A stretch of 64,000 nucleotides of DNA, taken from the human T2T-CHM13v2.0 reference genome, Homo sapiens. Below are positions 29,201 through 45,945 of this stretch, piece by piece; the stretch's first letter is position 1, and every line of letters begins with the position of its first letter. The position numbers and the translations under genes were made by a program. The notes below the pieces were generated by a model. The model had not been told where the DNA came from and made no database searches. It saw only the letters and a list, made by a program, of their open reading frames with translations. Location of the stretch: assembly GCF_009914755.1 (NCBI RefSeq), contig NC_060926.1. One strand, 5' to 3'.

Positions 29201-32200
29201 TGGAATCGATTGGAATCATTATCAAATAGAATTGAATGGAATCACTGAATGGAATCATCATCAAATGGACTCCAACGGAATCATCGAATTGACTCTAATG
29301 GAATCATCACTGAATGGAACAGAACGGAATAATCAAATGGAAACGAATGGAATCATCATCGAATGGAATCGAATGGTATCATCAAATGCACTTGAATGGA
29401 ATCATCAATGAATGCAATCGAATGGTATAATCGAATGGAATCAAATGGAATCATCTTCGAGTGGAACCTAAAGGAATCGCCAAATGGACTCCAATGGAAT
29501 AATCATCATATGGAATCGAGTGGAATCATCGAATGTACTCGAATGGAATCATCGAATGGAATCGAATGGAATCATGGTCGAACGGAAAAGAATGGAATCA
29601 TCAAGTGGACACGAATGGAATCAACATCTAATGGAATGGAATGGAATCATCAAATGGAATGGAATGGAATCATCATTGAATGGAATAAAATGGAATAATC
29701 AAATGGAATCAAATGGAATAATCAATGAATGGAATCGAATGGTATCATGGAATGGAATTGAATGGAAACGTCTTTGAGTGGAATCTAAAGGAATCACCGA
29801 ATGGACTCCAATCATCAGATGGAATCGAGTGGAATCATCGAATGTAGTCGAATGCAATCATCATCGAATGGAATTGAATGGAATCAACGAATGGAATACA
29901 AAGGAATCATAGAATGGACTCGAATGGAATCATCATTGAATGGAATGAAATGGAATCATCATGGAATGGAATTGAATGGAATCATGGAATGGACTCAAAT
30001 GGAAACATCATCGAATGAAATCGTATGGAATCATCGAATGCAACTGAATGGAATCATTGAATGGACTTGAAAGGAATTATTATGGAATGGAATTGAATGG
30101 AATCATTGAATGGACTTGAAAGGAATCATCATCAAGTGGAATCGAATGGAATCGTTGAATGGACTCGAATTGAATCTTTGAATGGAATCGAATGGAATCA
30201 TCATTGAATGGAGTCAAATGGAATCATCATCAAATGGAATTGAATGGAATCTTCATTGAATGGACTCGAATGGAATCATCATCAAATGGAATCTAATCGA
30301 ATCATCAATGAAGGGAATTGAATGGAATCATCATCGAATGGAATCAAATGGAATCATCAACAAGTGGAAACGAATGAAATCATCGAATGGAATCCAATGG
30401 TGTCATCGAATGGACACGAAAGGAATCATCGAATGGAATCAAATGGAATCACCATCGAATGAAATCAAATGGAATCACCATCGAATGGAATCTTATGAAA
30501 TCATCTCATGGACTCTAAGGGAATCATCATCGAATGGAATCGAATGGAATCATTGAATGAAATGGAAAGGAATCACCATCGAATGGAATGTTATGGAATC
30601 TTCTAATGGACTCGAAGGGAATCATCATCGAATGGAATCGAATGGAATCATTGAATGGAATTGAATGGAATCATCATCAAATGGAATCGAATGGAATCAT
30701 CGAATGGAATCTGAATGGAATCATCAATGAATGGAATCAAATGGAATCATCTAATGGACGTGAATGGAATCATCATCGAAAGCAATGAAATGTAATTCAA
30801 TCGAATGGACATGAATGGAATCATCATTGAATGGAATCAAATGGAATCCTCATCGAATGGAATCGAATGGAATCATCAAATGGAATAGAATGGAGTCATC
30901 GTCGAATGTAATCGAATGTAATCATCGAATGGCATCGAATGGAATCATCGACTGGAAAAGAATGGAATCATCATCGAATGGAAATGAATAGAATCACAGA
31001 ATGAAATCGAATGGAATCATCATCGAATGGAGTCTAATGGAATAATCATCGAATGGAATAGAATGGAATCATCGAGTGGACACGAATGGAATCATCATTG
31101 AATGCAATCGAATAGAATCATCAAATGGACTTGAATGGAAACAACATCGAATGGAATCGAATTTAGTCATTGAATGGCATTGAGTGGAATCATCATTGAA
31201 TGGAATCTAAGGAAATCATCGAATGGACTTGAGTGGAATCATCGAATGGACTGGAGTGGAATCATCGAATGGACTCGAGGGGAATCATCATTGAATGGAA
31301 TCTAGTGGAATCATTGAATGGACTCGAATGGAATAATCGAATGGGCTTGAGTGGAATCATCATCAAATGGAATCAAATGGAATCATCAAATGGACTTGAA
31401 TGGAAACAACATCGAATGGAATCGAATTTAGTCATTGAATTGCACTGAGTGGAATCATCATTGAATGGAATCTAAGGAAATCATCGAATGGACTCGAGTG
31501 GAATCATCGAATGGACTCGAGGGGAATCATCATCGAATGGAATGGACTGTAATCATCGATTGGACTCGAATGGAATCATCATTGAATGGAATCGAATGGA
31601 ATCAACGAATGGACTCGAATAGAATCATCATCGAATGGAATCGAATGGAATCAAAGAATGGACTCTAATGGAGTCATCATCAAATGGAATCTAATGGAAT
31701 CATCTAATGGACCTGAAAGGAATCATCATTGAATGGAATCGAATGGAATCATCGAATGGACTCGAATGGAATCATCATCGAATGGAATCTAATGGAATCA
31801 TTGAATGGACTCGAATGGAATAATCGAATGGGCTTGAGTGGAATCATCATCAAATGGAATCGAATGCAATCATCAAATGGACTCGAATGGAATCATCGTC
31901 AAATGGAATCGAATGGAATCATCATCAAAGGGAATCGAATGGAATCCTCATCGAATGGAATCGAACGGAATCATCATCGAATGGAATCACCAAATTGAAT
32001 CGAATGGAATGATCGTCAAAGACAATCGAAGGGAAACATCGAATGGGATTGAACGGAGTCATCGAATGGAATCGATAGGAATCATCGAATGGATTCAAAT
32101 GCAATCATCATCAAATGGAAACGAACGGAATCATCGAATGGACACGAATGGAATCATCATCAAATAGATTTGAATGGAATCATCAAATGGCATCGAATGG

Positions 32201-32794
32201 AATCACCATTGAATGGAATCGAATGGAATCATCGAATGGCATCGAATGGAATCATCATCGAATAAAATCAAATGGAATAATCGAATGTACTCGAATGGAA
32301 TCATCAAATGGATTTGAGAGGAATCATCATCGAATGGAATTGAACAGAATCATCAAATGGACTCGAATGGAATCCTCATTGAATGGAATCGAATGGAATC
32401 ATTCAATGGAGTCGAATGGAATAATCAGCAAATGGAATCGAATGGAATCATTGAATATCAACGAATGGAATCATCATCGAATGGAGTCGAATGGAATCAT
32501 CAAACGAACTCGAATGCAATCATCATAGAATGGAATCGAATGGAATCTTTGAATGGACCTGAATGGAATCATCATCGAATGCAAACGAATGGAATCATCA
32601 TCAAATGGAATCACATGGAATCATCAAATGGAAAAGAATTGAATAATCATAGAAAGGAATTGAATAGAATCATCGAATGAAACCGAATGGAATCATCATC
32701 GAATGGAATCGAATGGAATCATCATCGAATGCAATTGAATGGAATCATCATCGAATGGAATCGAATGGAATCACCAACGAATGGAATTCAAAGG
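26280..32794 (+). repeat. ~6.5 kb unit 5, type A (6515 bp)
   Basis: ORF set and translations are identical to unit 1 at an offset of 26,279 (e.g. 337->26616, 3117->29396). Confidence 0.93.
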
Positions 32795-35700
32795 AATCAT
32801 CATCGAATGGAACCAAATAGAATCATCAGATGGACTCGAAAGGAATCATTGAATGGACTCGAATGGAGTTGTCATCGAATGGAATCAAATGGAATCATCG
32901 AACAGAATTGAATCGAATCCTCATTGAATGAAATCAAATGGAATCATCGAATGGACTCGAATGGAAGCAATATCAAATGGAATCGAAAGGAATCATGGAA
33001 TGCATTCAAAGGGAATAATCAAATGGACTCAAATGGAATCAACATCAAGTGGAATCGAAAGGAATCATCGAATGGACAGGAATGGAATCATCATCGAATG
33101 GAATCGAATGGAATCATCGAATGGACATGAATGGAATCACTATCCAATGGAACCGAATGGAATCATCATGGAATGGAACCGGAAGGAGTCGTCATCAAAT
33201 GGAATCCAATGAAATCATTGAATGGACTCGAATGGAATCATCATCAACTGGAATTGAATGGAATCATCGAACGGACTCCAGTGGAATCATCGGAGAATGG
33301 AATCGAATGGAATTATCAAACGGACTCAAATGGAATAAACTTTGAATGGAATCGAGGGGAATCATCAAATGGAATCGAATGCAATCATCGAACGGAATCG
33401 AATGGCATCACCGAATGGAATCCAATGGAATCACCATTGAATGGACTCGAATGGAATCATCATTGAATGGAATCGAATGGAATCATCGAATGGACTCGAA
33501 TGGAATCATCATCAATTGGAATCAAATGGAATCATCGAATGGAATCGAAAGGAATCATCATCAACTGTAATGAACTGGAATCATTGAATGGAATCGAATG
33601 GAATCGTCATCAAAAATAATCGAATAGAATAATCAAATGGAATCAAATGCAATCAACATCAAATGGAATCGAATGGAATCCTAGAATGACATCGAATGGA
33701 ATCCTCATCGAATGGAATCAAAGGGAATCAATATCGAATGGAATCGAAAGCAATCACTGAATGGACTTGAATACAATCATCAAATGGATTTGAAGGGAAT
33801 CCTCATTGAATGGAATAGAACAAAAACATTGAATGGACACGAATAGAATCATCATCGAATGGAATCAAATGGAGTCATCAAATGGACTCGAATGGAATCA
33901 TCATCAAATGGGATCATCATCAAATGGAATCGAATGGAGTCATCGAATGGACACGAATGAATGAACAAATGGACTCGAATGGAAACATCAAATAGAATCG
34001 AATGGAATCATCGAAAGGAATTGAATGGAATTATTGAATGGACTCGAATGGAATCATCTAATGGACACGAATGGAATAATCATAAAATGGAATCGAATGG
34101 AATCATCAAATGGACTCGAATGAATGGAATCATTGAATGGACTCGAATGGAATCATCGAATGGACTCAAATGGAATCATCATCAAATGGACTCGAATGGA
34201 ATCATCACATGGAATCAAACCGAATCGTCATCGAATGGAATCGAATGGAATCATCGAATGGAATTGAAGGCAATCATCATCGAATGGAATCGAATGGAAT
34301 CATCATCAAATGGAATCAAGCGGAAGGAATCATCAAATGGAATCAAATGGAATCATTGTTGAATGGAATGGAATGGAATCATTGAATGGAATTGAATGGG
34401 ATCACCAATGAACGGAATCAAATGGAATCATCTTCTAATGGAATCGAAAGGAATCATCAAATACACTCGAATGGAATCATCATCGAATGGAATCGTGTGG
34501 AATCGTCGAATGAACTGGAAATGAATCATAATCAAATGCAATTAAAATGAATCATCATCGAAAGGAATCACATGGAATCATCATCGAATGGAATCATGTG
34601 GAAACATCACAGAATGGAATTGAATGGAATCATCAGTTGGACTCGAATGGAATCATCAAATGTACTCGAAGGGACGCGTCAAATGGACTCGAACGGAATC
34701 ATCATCGAATGGAATCGAATGGGATCATCGAAAGGACTCGAATCAAATCTTCAAAAGGACTCAAAGGGAATCATTGTAGAATGGAATTGAATAGATTCAT
34801 CAGACAGCCTCGAATGGAAACATCATTGAATGGAATTGATTGGAAACATCGAATTCACTCGAATGGAATCATCATCTGATGGAATTCAAGGGAATCATCG
34901 AATGGACACAAATGGAATCATCATCAAATGGAATCCATTGGAACGATTGAATGGAGTCGCATGGAATTATCAAATGGAATCGAATGGAATCATCTTTGAA
35001 TGGAATCAAATGGAATCATCGAATGGAATCGAAGGCAATCATCATTGAATGGAATCGAATGGAATCATCGAATGGTATCCAAAGGAATCACCATTGAATG
35101 CCCTCGCATGGAATCATCATCATATAGAGTAGAAAGGAATCATTGAATGGACTCGAATGGAACCATCATTGAATAGAATCACCAAATGGAATCAAATGGA
35201 ATCACCATCAAATGAAATCAAACGGAATCATCAAATGGAATCGAATGGAATCATCATTGAATGGATTCGAATAGAATCTTTGAATGAAATTGAATGGAAG
35301 CAGCATGAAATGGAATCTAAAGGAATCATAGAATGGTATCGAATGGAATCATCGTGGAATGGAATGGAATGGAATGGAATGGAATCAGCATCGAATGGAA
35401 TCAAAAGCAATCATTCCATGGACTCTAATAGAATCATCGAATAGACTTGAATGTAATCATCATCGAATGGAGAAGAATGGAATCATCCAATGGACACGAA
35501 TGGAATCATCCTCGAATGCAATCAAATGGAATCATATAATGGACCCGAATGGAATCATCATTGCATGCAATAGAATGGAATCGTCATCGAATGGAATCGT
35601 ATGGAATCATCTAATGAACCCGAATGGAATCATCGTCGAAATGAATAGAATGCAATCATCATCAAATGGAATCGAATGGATTCATCATCAAATAGAATCG

Positions 35701-38700
35701 AATGGAATCATCAAAAGGAATCGAATGGAGTCATTGTCTAATGCAATCGAATGAAATCATAGTATGGAATCCCATGAAATCAACATCGAATGGAATCGAT
35801 TGGAATCATTATCAAATAGAATTGAATGGAATCACTGAATGGAATCATCATCAAATGGACTCCAACGGAATCATCGAATTGACTCTAATGGAATCATCAC
35901 TGAATGGAACAGAACGGAATAATCAAATGGAAACGAATGGAATCATCATCGAATGGAATCGAATGGTATCATCAAATGCACTTGAATGGAATCATCAATG
36001 AATGCAATCGAATGGTAAAATCGAATGGAATCAAATGGAATCATCTTCGAGTGGAACCTAAAGGAATCGCCAAATGGACTCCAATGGAATAATCATCATA
36101 TGGAATCGAGTGGAATCATCGAATGTACTCGAATGGAATCATCGAATGTACTCGAATGGAATCATCGAATGGAATCGAATGGAATCATGGTCGAACGGAA
36201 AAGAATGGAATCATCAAGTGGACACGAATGGAATCAACATCTAATGGAATGGAATGGAATCATCAAATGGAATGGAATGGAATCATCATCGAATGGAATA
36301 AAATTGAATAATCAAATGGAATCAAATGGAATCATCAATGAATGGAATCGAATGGTATCATGGAATGGAATTGAATGGAATCGTCTTTGAGTGGAATCTA
36401 AAGGAATCACCGAATGGACTCCAATCATCAGATTGAATCGAGTGGAATCATCGAATGTAGTCGAATGCAATCATCATCGAATGGAATTGAATGGAATCAA
36501 CGAATGGAATACAAAGGAATCATAGAATGGACTCGAATGGAATCATCATTGAATGGAATGAAATGGAATCATCATGGAATGGAATTGAATGGAATCATGG
36601 AATGGACTCAAATGGAATCATCATCGAATGAAATCGTATGGAATCATCGAATGCAACTGAATGGAATCATTGAATGGACTTGAAAGGAATTATTATGGAA
36701 TGGAATTGAATGGAATCATTGAATGGACTTGAAAGGAATCATCATCAAGTGGAATCGAATGGAATCGTTGAATGGACTCGAATTGAATCTTTGAATGGAA
36801 TCGAATGGAATCATCATTGAATGGAGTCAAATGGAATCATCATCAAATGGAATTGAATGGAATCTTCATTGAATGGACTCGAATGGAATCATCATCAAAT
36901 GGAATCTAATCGAATCATCAATGAAGGGAATCGAATGGAATCATCATCGAATGGAATCGAATGGAATCATCAACAAGTGGAAACGAATGAAATCATCGAA
37001 TGGAATCCAATGGTGTCATCGAATGGACACGAAAGGAATCATCGAATGGAATCAAATGGAATCACCATCGAATGAAATCAAATGGAATCACCATCGAATG
37101 GAATGTTATGAAATCATCTCATGGACTCTAAGGGAATCATCATCGAATGGAATCGAATGGAATCATTGAATGAAATGGAAAGGAATCACCATCGAATGGA
37201 ATGTTATGGAATCTTCTAATGGACTCGAAGGGAATCATCATCGAATGGAATCGAATGGAATCATTGAATGCAATTGAATGGAATCATCATCAAATGGAAT
37301 CGAATGGAATCATCGAATGGAATCTGAATGGAATCATCAATGAATGGAATCAAATGGAATCATCTAATGGACGTGAATGGAATCATCATCGAAAGCAATG
37401 AAATGTAATTCAATCGAATGGACATGAATGGAATCATCATTGAATGGAATCAAATGGAATCCTCATCGAATGGAATCGAATGGAATCATCAAATGGAATA
37501 GAATGGAGTCATCGTCGAATGTAATCGAATGTAATCATCGAATGGCATCGAATGGAATCATCGACTGGAAAAGAATGGAATCATCATCGAATGGAAATGA
37601 ATAGAATCACAGAATGAAATCGAATGGAATCATCATCGAATGGAGTCTAATGGAATAATCATCGAATGGAATAGAATGGAATCATCGAGTGGACACGAAT
37701 GGAATCATCATTGAATGCAATCGAATAGAATCATCAAATGGACTTGAATGGAAACAACATCGAATGGAATCGAATTTAGTCATTGAATGTCATTGAGTGG
37801 AATCATCATTGAATGGAATCTAAGGAAATCATCGAATGGACTTGAGTGGAATCATCGAATGGACTGGAGTGGAATCATCGAATGGACTCGAGGGGAATCA
37901 TCATTGAATGGAATCTAGTGGAATCATTGAATGGACTCGAATGGAATAATCGAATGGGCTTGAGTGGAATCATCATCAAATGGAATCAAATGGAATCATC
38001 AAATGGACTTGAATGGAAACAACATCGAATGGAATCGAATTTAGTCATTGAATTGCACTGAGTGGAATCATCATTGAATGGAATCTAAGGAAATCATCGA
38101 ATGGACTCGAGTGGAATCATCGAATGGACTCGAGGGGAATCATCATCGAATGGAATGGACTGTAATCATCGATTGGACTCGAATGGAATCATCATTGAAT
38201 GGAATCGAATGGAATCAACGAATGGACTCGAATAGAATCATCATCGAATGGAATCGAATGGAATCAAAGAATGGACTCTAATGGAGTCATCATCAAATGG
38301 AATCTAATGGAATCATCTAATGGACCTGAAAGGAATCATCATTGAATGGAATCGAATGGAATCATCGAATGGACTCGAATGGAATCATCATCGAATGGAA
38401 TCTAATGGAATCATTGAATGGACTCGAATGGAATAATCGAATGGGCTTGAGTGGAATCATCATCAAATGGAATCGAATGCAATCATCAAATGGACTCGAA
38501 TGGAATCATCGTCAAATGGAATCGAATGGAATCATCATCAAAGGGAATCGAATGGAATCCTCATCGAATGGAATCGAACGGAATCATCATCGAATGGAAT
38601 CACCAAATTGAATCGAATGGAATGATCGTCAAAGACAATCGAAGGGAAACATCGAATGGGATTGAACGGAGTCATCGAATGGAATCGATAGGAATCATCG

Positions 38701-39407
38701 AATGGATTCAAATGCAATCATCATCAAATGGAAACGAACGGAATCATCGAATGGACACGAATGGAATCATCATCAAATAGAATTGAATGGAATCATCAAA
38801 TGGCATCGAATGGAATCACCATTGAATGGAATCGAATGGAATCATCGAATGGCATCGAATGGAATCATCATCGAATAAAATCAAATGGAATAATCGAATG
38901 TACTCGAATGGAATCATCAAATGGATTTGAGAGGAATCATCATCGAATGGAATTGAACAGAATCATCAAATGGACTCGAATGGAATCCTCATTGAATGGA
39001 ATCGAATGGAATCATTCAATGGAGTCGAATGGAATAATCAGCAAATGGAATCGAATGGAATCATTGAATATCAACGAATGGAATCATCATCGAATGGAGT
39101 CGAATGGAATCATCAAACGAACTCGAATGCAATCATCATAGAATGGAATCGAATGGAATCTTTGAATGGACCTGAATGGAATCATCATCGAATGCAAACG
39201 AATGGAATCATCATCAAATGGAATCACATGGAATCATCAAATGGAAAAGAATTGAATAATCATAGAAAGGAATTGAATAGAATCATCGAATGAAACCGAA
39301 TGGAATCATCATCGAATGGAATCGAATGGAATCATCATCGAATGCAATTGAATGGAATCATCATCGAATGGAATCGAATGGAATCACCAACGAATGGAAT
39401 TCAAAGG
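32795..39407 (+). repeat. ~6.5 kb unit 6, type B (6613 bp)
   Basis: ORF set is identical to unit 2 at +26,279 (9080->35359). GCATGC at 35563. Confidence 0.93.
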
Positions 39408-42400
39408 AATCATCATCGAATGGAACCAAATAGAATCATCAGATGGACTCGAAAGGAATCATTGAATGGACTCGAATGGAGTTGTCATCGAATGGAATCA
39501 AATGGAATCATCGAACAGAATTGAATCGAATCCTCATTGAATGAAATCAAATGGAATCATCGAATGGACTCGAATGGAAGCAATATCAAATGGAATCGAA
39601 AGGAATCATGGAATGCATTCAAAGGGAATAATCAAATGGACTCAAATCGAATCAACATCAAGTGGAATCGAAAGGAATCATCGAATGGACCGGAATGGAA
39701 TCATCATCGAATGGAATCGAATGGAATCATCGAATGGACATGAATGGAATCACTATCCAATGGAACCGAATGGAATCATCATGGAATGGAACCGGAAGGA
39801 GTCGTCATCAAATGGAATCCAATGAAATCATTGAATGGACTCGAATGGAATCATCATCAACTGGAATTGAATGGAATCATCGAACGGACTCCAGTGGAAT
39901 CATCGGAGAATGGAATCGAATGGAATTATCAAACGGACTCAAATGGAATAAACTTTGAATGGAATCGAGGGGAATCATCAAATGGAATCGAATGCAATCA
40001 TCGAACGGAATCGAATGGCATCACCGAATGGAATCCAATGGAATCACCATTGAATGGACTCGAATGGAATCATCATTGAATGGAATCGAATGGAATCATC
40101 GAATGGACTCGAATGGAATCATCATCAATTGGAATCAAATGGAATCATCGAATGGAATCGAAAGGAATCATCATCAACTGTAATGAACTGGAATCATTGA
40201 ATGGAATCGAATGGAATCGTCATCAAAAATAATCGAATAGAATAATCAAATGGAATCAAATGCAATCAACATCAAATGGAATCGAATGGAATCCTAGAAT
40301 GACATCGAATGGAATCCTCATCGAATGGAATCAAAGGGAATCAATATCGAATGGAATCGAAAGCAATCATTGAATGGACTTGAATACAATCATCAAATGG
40401 ATTTGAAGGGAATCCTCATTGAATGGAATAGAACAAAAACATTGAATGGACACGAATGGAATCATCATCGAATGGAATCAAATGGAGTCATCAAATGGAC
40501 TCGAATGGAATCATCATCAAATGGGATCATCATCAAATGGAATCGAATGGAGTCATCGAATGGACACGAATGAATGAACAAATGGACTCGAATGGAAACA
40601 TCAAATAGAATCGAATGGAATCATCGAAAGGAATTGAATGGAATTATTGAATGGACTCGAATGGAATCATCTAATGGACACGAATGGAATAATCATAAAA
40701 TGGAATCGAATGGAATCATCAAATGGACTCGAATGAATGGAATCATTGAATGGACTCGAATGGAATCATCGAATGGACTCAAATGGAATCATCATCAAAT
40801 GGACTCGAATGGAATCATCACATGGAATCAAACCGAATCGTCATCGAATGGAATCGAATGGAATCATCGAATGGAATTGAAGGCAATCATCATCGAATGG
40901 AATCGAATGGAATCATCATCAAATGGAATCAAGCGGAAGGAATCATCAAATGGAATCAAATGGAATCATTGTTGAATGGAATGGAATGGAATCATTGAAT
41001 GGAATTGAATGGGATCACCAATGAACGGAATCAAATGGAATCATCTTCTAATGGAATCGAAAGGAATCATCAAATACACTCGAATGGAATCATCATCGAA
41101 TGGAATCGTGTGGAATCGTCGAATGAACTGGAAATGAATCATAATCAAATGCAATTAAAATGAATCATCATCGAAAGGAATCACATGGAATCATCATCGA
41201 ATGGAATCATGTAGAAACATCACAGAATGGAATTGAATGGAATCATCAGTTGGACTCGAATGGAATCATCAAATGTACTCGAAGGGACGCGTCAAATGGA
41301 CTCGAACGGAATCATCATCGAATGGAATCGAATGGGATCATCGAAAGGACTCGAATCAAATCTTCAAAAGGACTCAAAGGGAATCATTGTAGAATGGAAT
41401 TGAATAGATTCATCAGACAGCCTCGAATGGAAACATCATTGAATGGAATTGATTGGAAACATCGAATTCACTCGAATGGAATCATCATCTGATGGAATTC
41501 AAGGGAATCATCGAATGGACACAAATGGAATCATCATCAAATGGAATCCATTGGAACGATCGAATGGAATCACATGGAATTATCAAATGGAATCGAATGC
41601 AATCATCATTGAATGGAATCGAATGGAATCATCGAATGGTATCCAAAGGAATCAACATTGAATGCCCTCGCATGGAATCATCATCATATAGAGTAGAAAG
41701 GAATCATTGAATGGACTCGAATGGAACCATCATTGAATGGAATCACCAAATGGAATCAAATGGAATCATCATCAAATGAAATCAAACGGAATCATCAAAT
41801 GGAATCGAATGGAATCATCATTGAATGGATTCGAATAGAATCTTTGAATGAAATTGAATGGAATCAGCATGAAATGGAATCTAAAGGAATCATAGAATGG
41901 TATCGAATGGAATCATCATCGAATGGAATGGAATGGAATGGAATGGAATCAGCATAGAATGGAATCAAAAGCAATCATTCAATGGAATCTAATAGAATCA
42001 TCGAATAGACTTGAATGTAATCATCATCGAATGGAGAAGAATGGAATCATCCAATGGACAGGAATGGAATCATCCTCGAATGGAATCGAATGGAATCATA
42101 TAATGGACCCGAATGGAATCATCATTGAATGGAATAGAATGGAATCGTCATCGAATGGAATCATATGGAATCATCTAATGGACCCGAATGGAATCATTAT
42201 CGAATTGAATAGAATGCAATCATCATCAAATGGAATCGAATGGAATCATCAAAAGGAATCGAATGGAGTCATTGTCTAATGCAATCGAATGAAATCATAG
42301 TATGGAATCCCATGAAATCAACATCGAATGGAATCGATTGGAATCATTATCAAATAGAATTGAATGGAATCACTGAATGGAATCATCATCAAATGGACTC

Positions 42401-45400
42401 CAACGGAATCATCGAATTGACTCTAATGGAATCATCACTGAATGGAACAGAACGGAATAATCAAATGGAAACGAATGGAATCATCAGCGAATGGAATCGA
42501 ATGGTATCATCAAATGCACTTGAATGGAATCATCAATGAATGCAATCGAATGGTATAATCGAATGGAATCAAATGGAATCATCTTCGAGTGGAACCTAAA
42601 GGAATCGCCAAATGGACTCCAATGGAATAATCATCATATGGAATCGAGTGGAATCATCGAATGTACTCGAATGGAATCATCGAATGTACTCGAATGGAAT
42701 CATCGAATGGAATCGAATGGAATCATGGTCGAACGGAAAAGAATGGAATCATCAAGTGGACACGAATGGAATCAACATCTAATGGAATGGAATGGAATCA
42801 TCAAATGGAATGGAATGGAATCATCATTGAATGGAATAAAATGGAATAATCAAATGGAATCAAATGGAATAATCAATGAATGGAATCGAATGGTATCATG
42901 GAATGGAATTGAATGGAAACGTCTTTGAGTGGAATCTAAAGGAATCACCGAATGGACTCCAATCATCAGATTGAATCGAGTGGAATCATCGAATGTAGTC
43001 GAATGCAATCATCATCGAATGGAATTGAATGGAATCAACGAATGGAATACAAAGGAATCATAGAATGGACTCGAATGGAATCATCATTGAATGGAATGAA
43101 ATGGAATCATCATGGAATGGAATTGAATGGAATCATGGAATGGACTCAAATGGAATCATCATCGAATGAAATCGTATGGAATCATCGAATGCAACTGAAT
43201 GGAATCATTGAATGGACTTGAAAGGAATTATTATGGAATGGAATTGAATGGAATCATTGAATGGACTTGAAAGGAATCATCATCAAGTGGAATCGAATGG
43301 AATCGTTGAATGGACTCGAATTGAATCTTTGAATGGAATCGAATGGAATCATCATTGAATGGAGTCAAATGGAATCATCATCAAATGGAATTGAATGGAA
43401 TCTTCATTGAATGGACTCGAATGGAATCATCATCAAATGGAATCTAATCGAATCATCAATGAAGGGAATCGAATGGAATCATCATCGAATGGAATCAAAT
43501 GGAATCATCAACAAGTGGAAACGAATGAAATCATCGAATGGAATCCAATGGTGTCATCGAATGGACACGAAAGGAATCATCGAATGGAATCAAATGGAAT
43601 CACCATCGAATGAAATCAAATGGAATCACCATCGAATGGAATCTTATGAAATCATCTCATGGACTCTAAGGGAATCATCATCGAATGGAATCGAATGGAA
43701 TCATTGAATGAAATGGAAAGGAATCACCATCGAATGGAATGTTATGGAATCTTCTAATGGACTCGAAGGGAATCATCATCGAATGGAATCGAATGGAATC
43801 ATTGAATGGAATTGAATGGAATCATCATCAAATGGAATCGAATGGAATCATCGAATGGAATCTGAATGGAATCATCAATGAATGGAATCAAATGGAATCA
43901 TCTAATGGACGTGAATGGAATCATCATCGAAAGCAATGAAATGTAATTCAATCGAATGGACATGAATGGAATCATCATTGAATGGAATCAAATGGAATCC
44001 TCATCGAATGGAATCGAATGGAATCATCAAATGGAATAGAATGGAGTCATCGTCGAATGTAATCGAATGTAATCATCGAATGGCATCGAATGGAATCATC
44101 GACTGGAAAAGAATGGAATCATCATCGAATGGAAATGAATAGAATCACAGAATGAAATCGAATGGAATCATCATCGAATGGAGTCTAATGGAATAATCAT
44201 CGAATGGAATAGAATGGAATCATCGAGTGGACACGAATGGAATCATCATTGAATGCAATCGAATAGAATCATCAAATGGACTTGAATGGAAACAACATCG
44301 AATGGAATCGAATTTAGTCATTGAATGGCATTGAGTGGAATCATCATTGAATGGAATCTAAGGAAATCATCGAATGGACTTGAGTGGAATCATCGAATGG
44401 ACTGGAGTGGAATCATCGAATGGACTCGAGGGGAATCATCATTGAATGGAATCTAGTGGAATCATTGAATGGACTCGAATGGAATAATCGAATAGGCTTG
44501 AGTGGAATCATCATCAAATGGAATCAAATGGAATCATCAAATGGACTTGAATGGAAACAACATCGAATGGAATCGAATTTAGTCATTGAATTGCACTGAG
44601 TGGAATCATCATTGAATGGAATCTAAGGAAATCATCGAATGGACTCGAGTGGAATCATCGAATGGACTCGAGGGGAATCATCATCGAATGGAATGGACTG
44701 TAATCATCGATTGGACTCGAATGGAATCATCATTGAATGGAATCGAATGGAATCAACGAATGGACTCGAATAGAATCATCATCGAATGGAATCGAATGGA
44801 ATCAAAGAATGGACTCTAATGGAGTCATCATCAAATGGAATCTAATGGAATCATCTAATGGACCTGAAAGGAATCATCATTGAATGGAATCGAATGGAAT
44901 CATCGAATGGACTCGAATGGAATCATCATCGAATGGAATCTAATGGAATCATTGAATGGACTCGAATGGAATAATCGAATGGGCTTGAGTGGAATCATCA
45001 TCAAATGGAATCGAATGCAATCATCAAATGGACTCGAATGGAATCATCGTCAAATGGAATCGAATGGAATCATCATCAAAGGGAATCGAATGGAATCCTC
45101 ATCGAATGGAATCGAACGGAATCATCATCGAATGGAATCACCAAATTGAATCGAATGGAATGATCGTCAAAGACAATCGAAGGGAAACATCGAATGGGAT
45201 TGAACGGAGTCATCGAATGGAATCGATAGGAATCATCGAATGGATTCAAATGCAATCATCATCAAATGGAAACGAACGGAATCATCGAATGGACACGAAT
45301 GGAATCATCATCAAATAGAATTGAATGGAATCATCAAATGGCATCGAATGGAATCACCATTGAATGGAATCGAATGGAATCATCGAATGGCATCGAATGG

Positions 45401-45945
45401 AATCATCATCGAATAAAATCAAATGGAATAATCGAATGTACTCGAATGGAATCATCAAATGGATTTGAGAGGAATCATCATCGAATGGAATTGAACAGAA
45501 TCATCAAATGGACTCGAATGGAATCCTCATTGAATGGAATCGAATGGAATCATTCAATGGAGTCGAATGGAATAATCAGCAAATGGAATCGAATGGAATC
45601 ATTGAATATCAACGAATGGAATCATCATCGAATGGAGTCGAATGGAATCATCAAACGAACTCGAATGCAATCATCATAGAATGGAATCGAATGGAATCTT
45701 TGAATGGACCTGAATGGAATCATCATCGAATGCAAACGAATGGAATCATCATCAAATGGAATCACATGGAATCATCAAATGGAAAAGAATTGAATAATCA
45801 TAGAAAGGAATTGAATAGAATCATCGAATGAAACCGAATGGAATCATCATCGAATGGAATCGAATGGAATCATCATCGAATGCAATTGAATGGAATCATC
45901 ATCGAATGGAATCGAATGGAATCACCAACGAATGGAATTCAAAGG
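39408..45945 (+). repeat. ~6.5 kb unit 7, type C (6538 bp)
   Basis: ORF set is identical to unit 3 at +26,279 (16245->42524, 18105->44384). Confidence 0.93.
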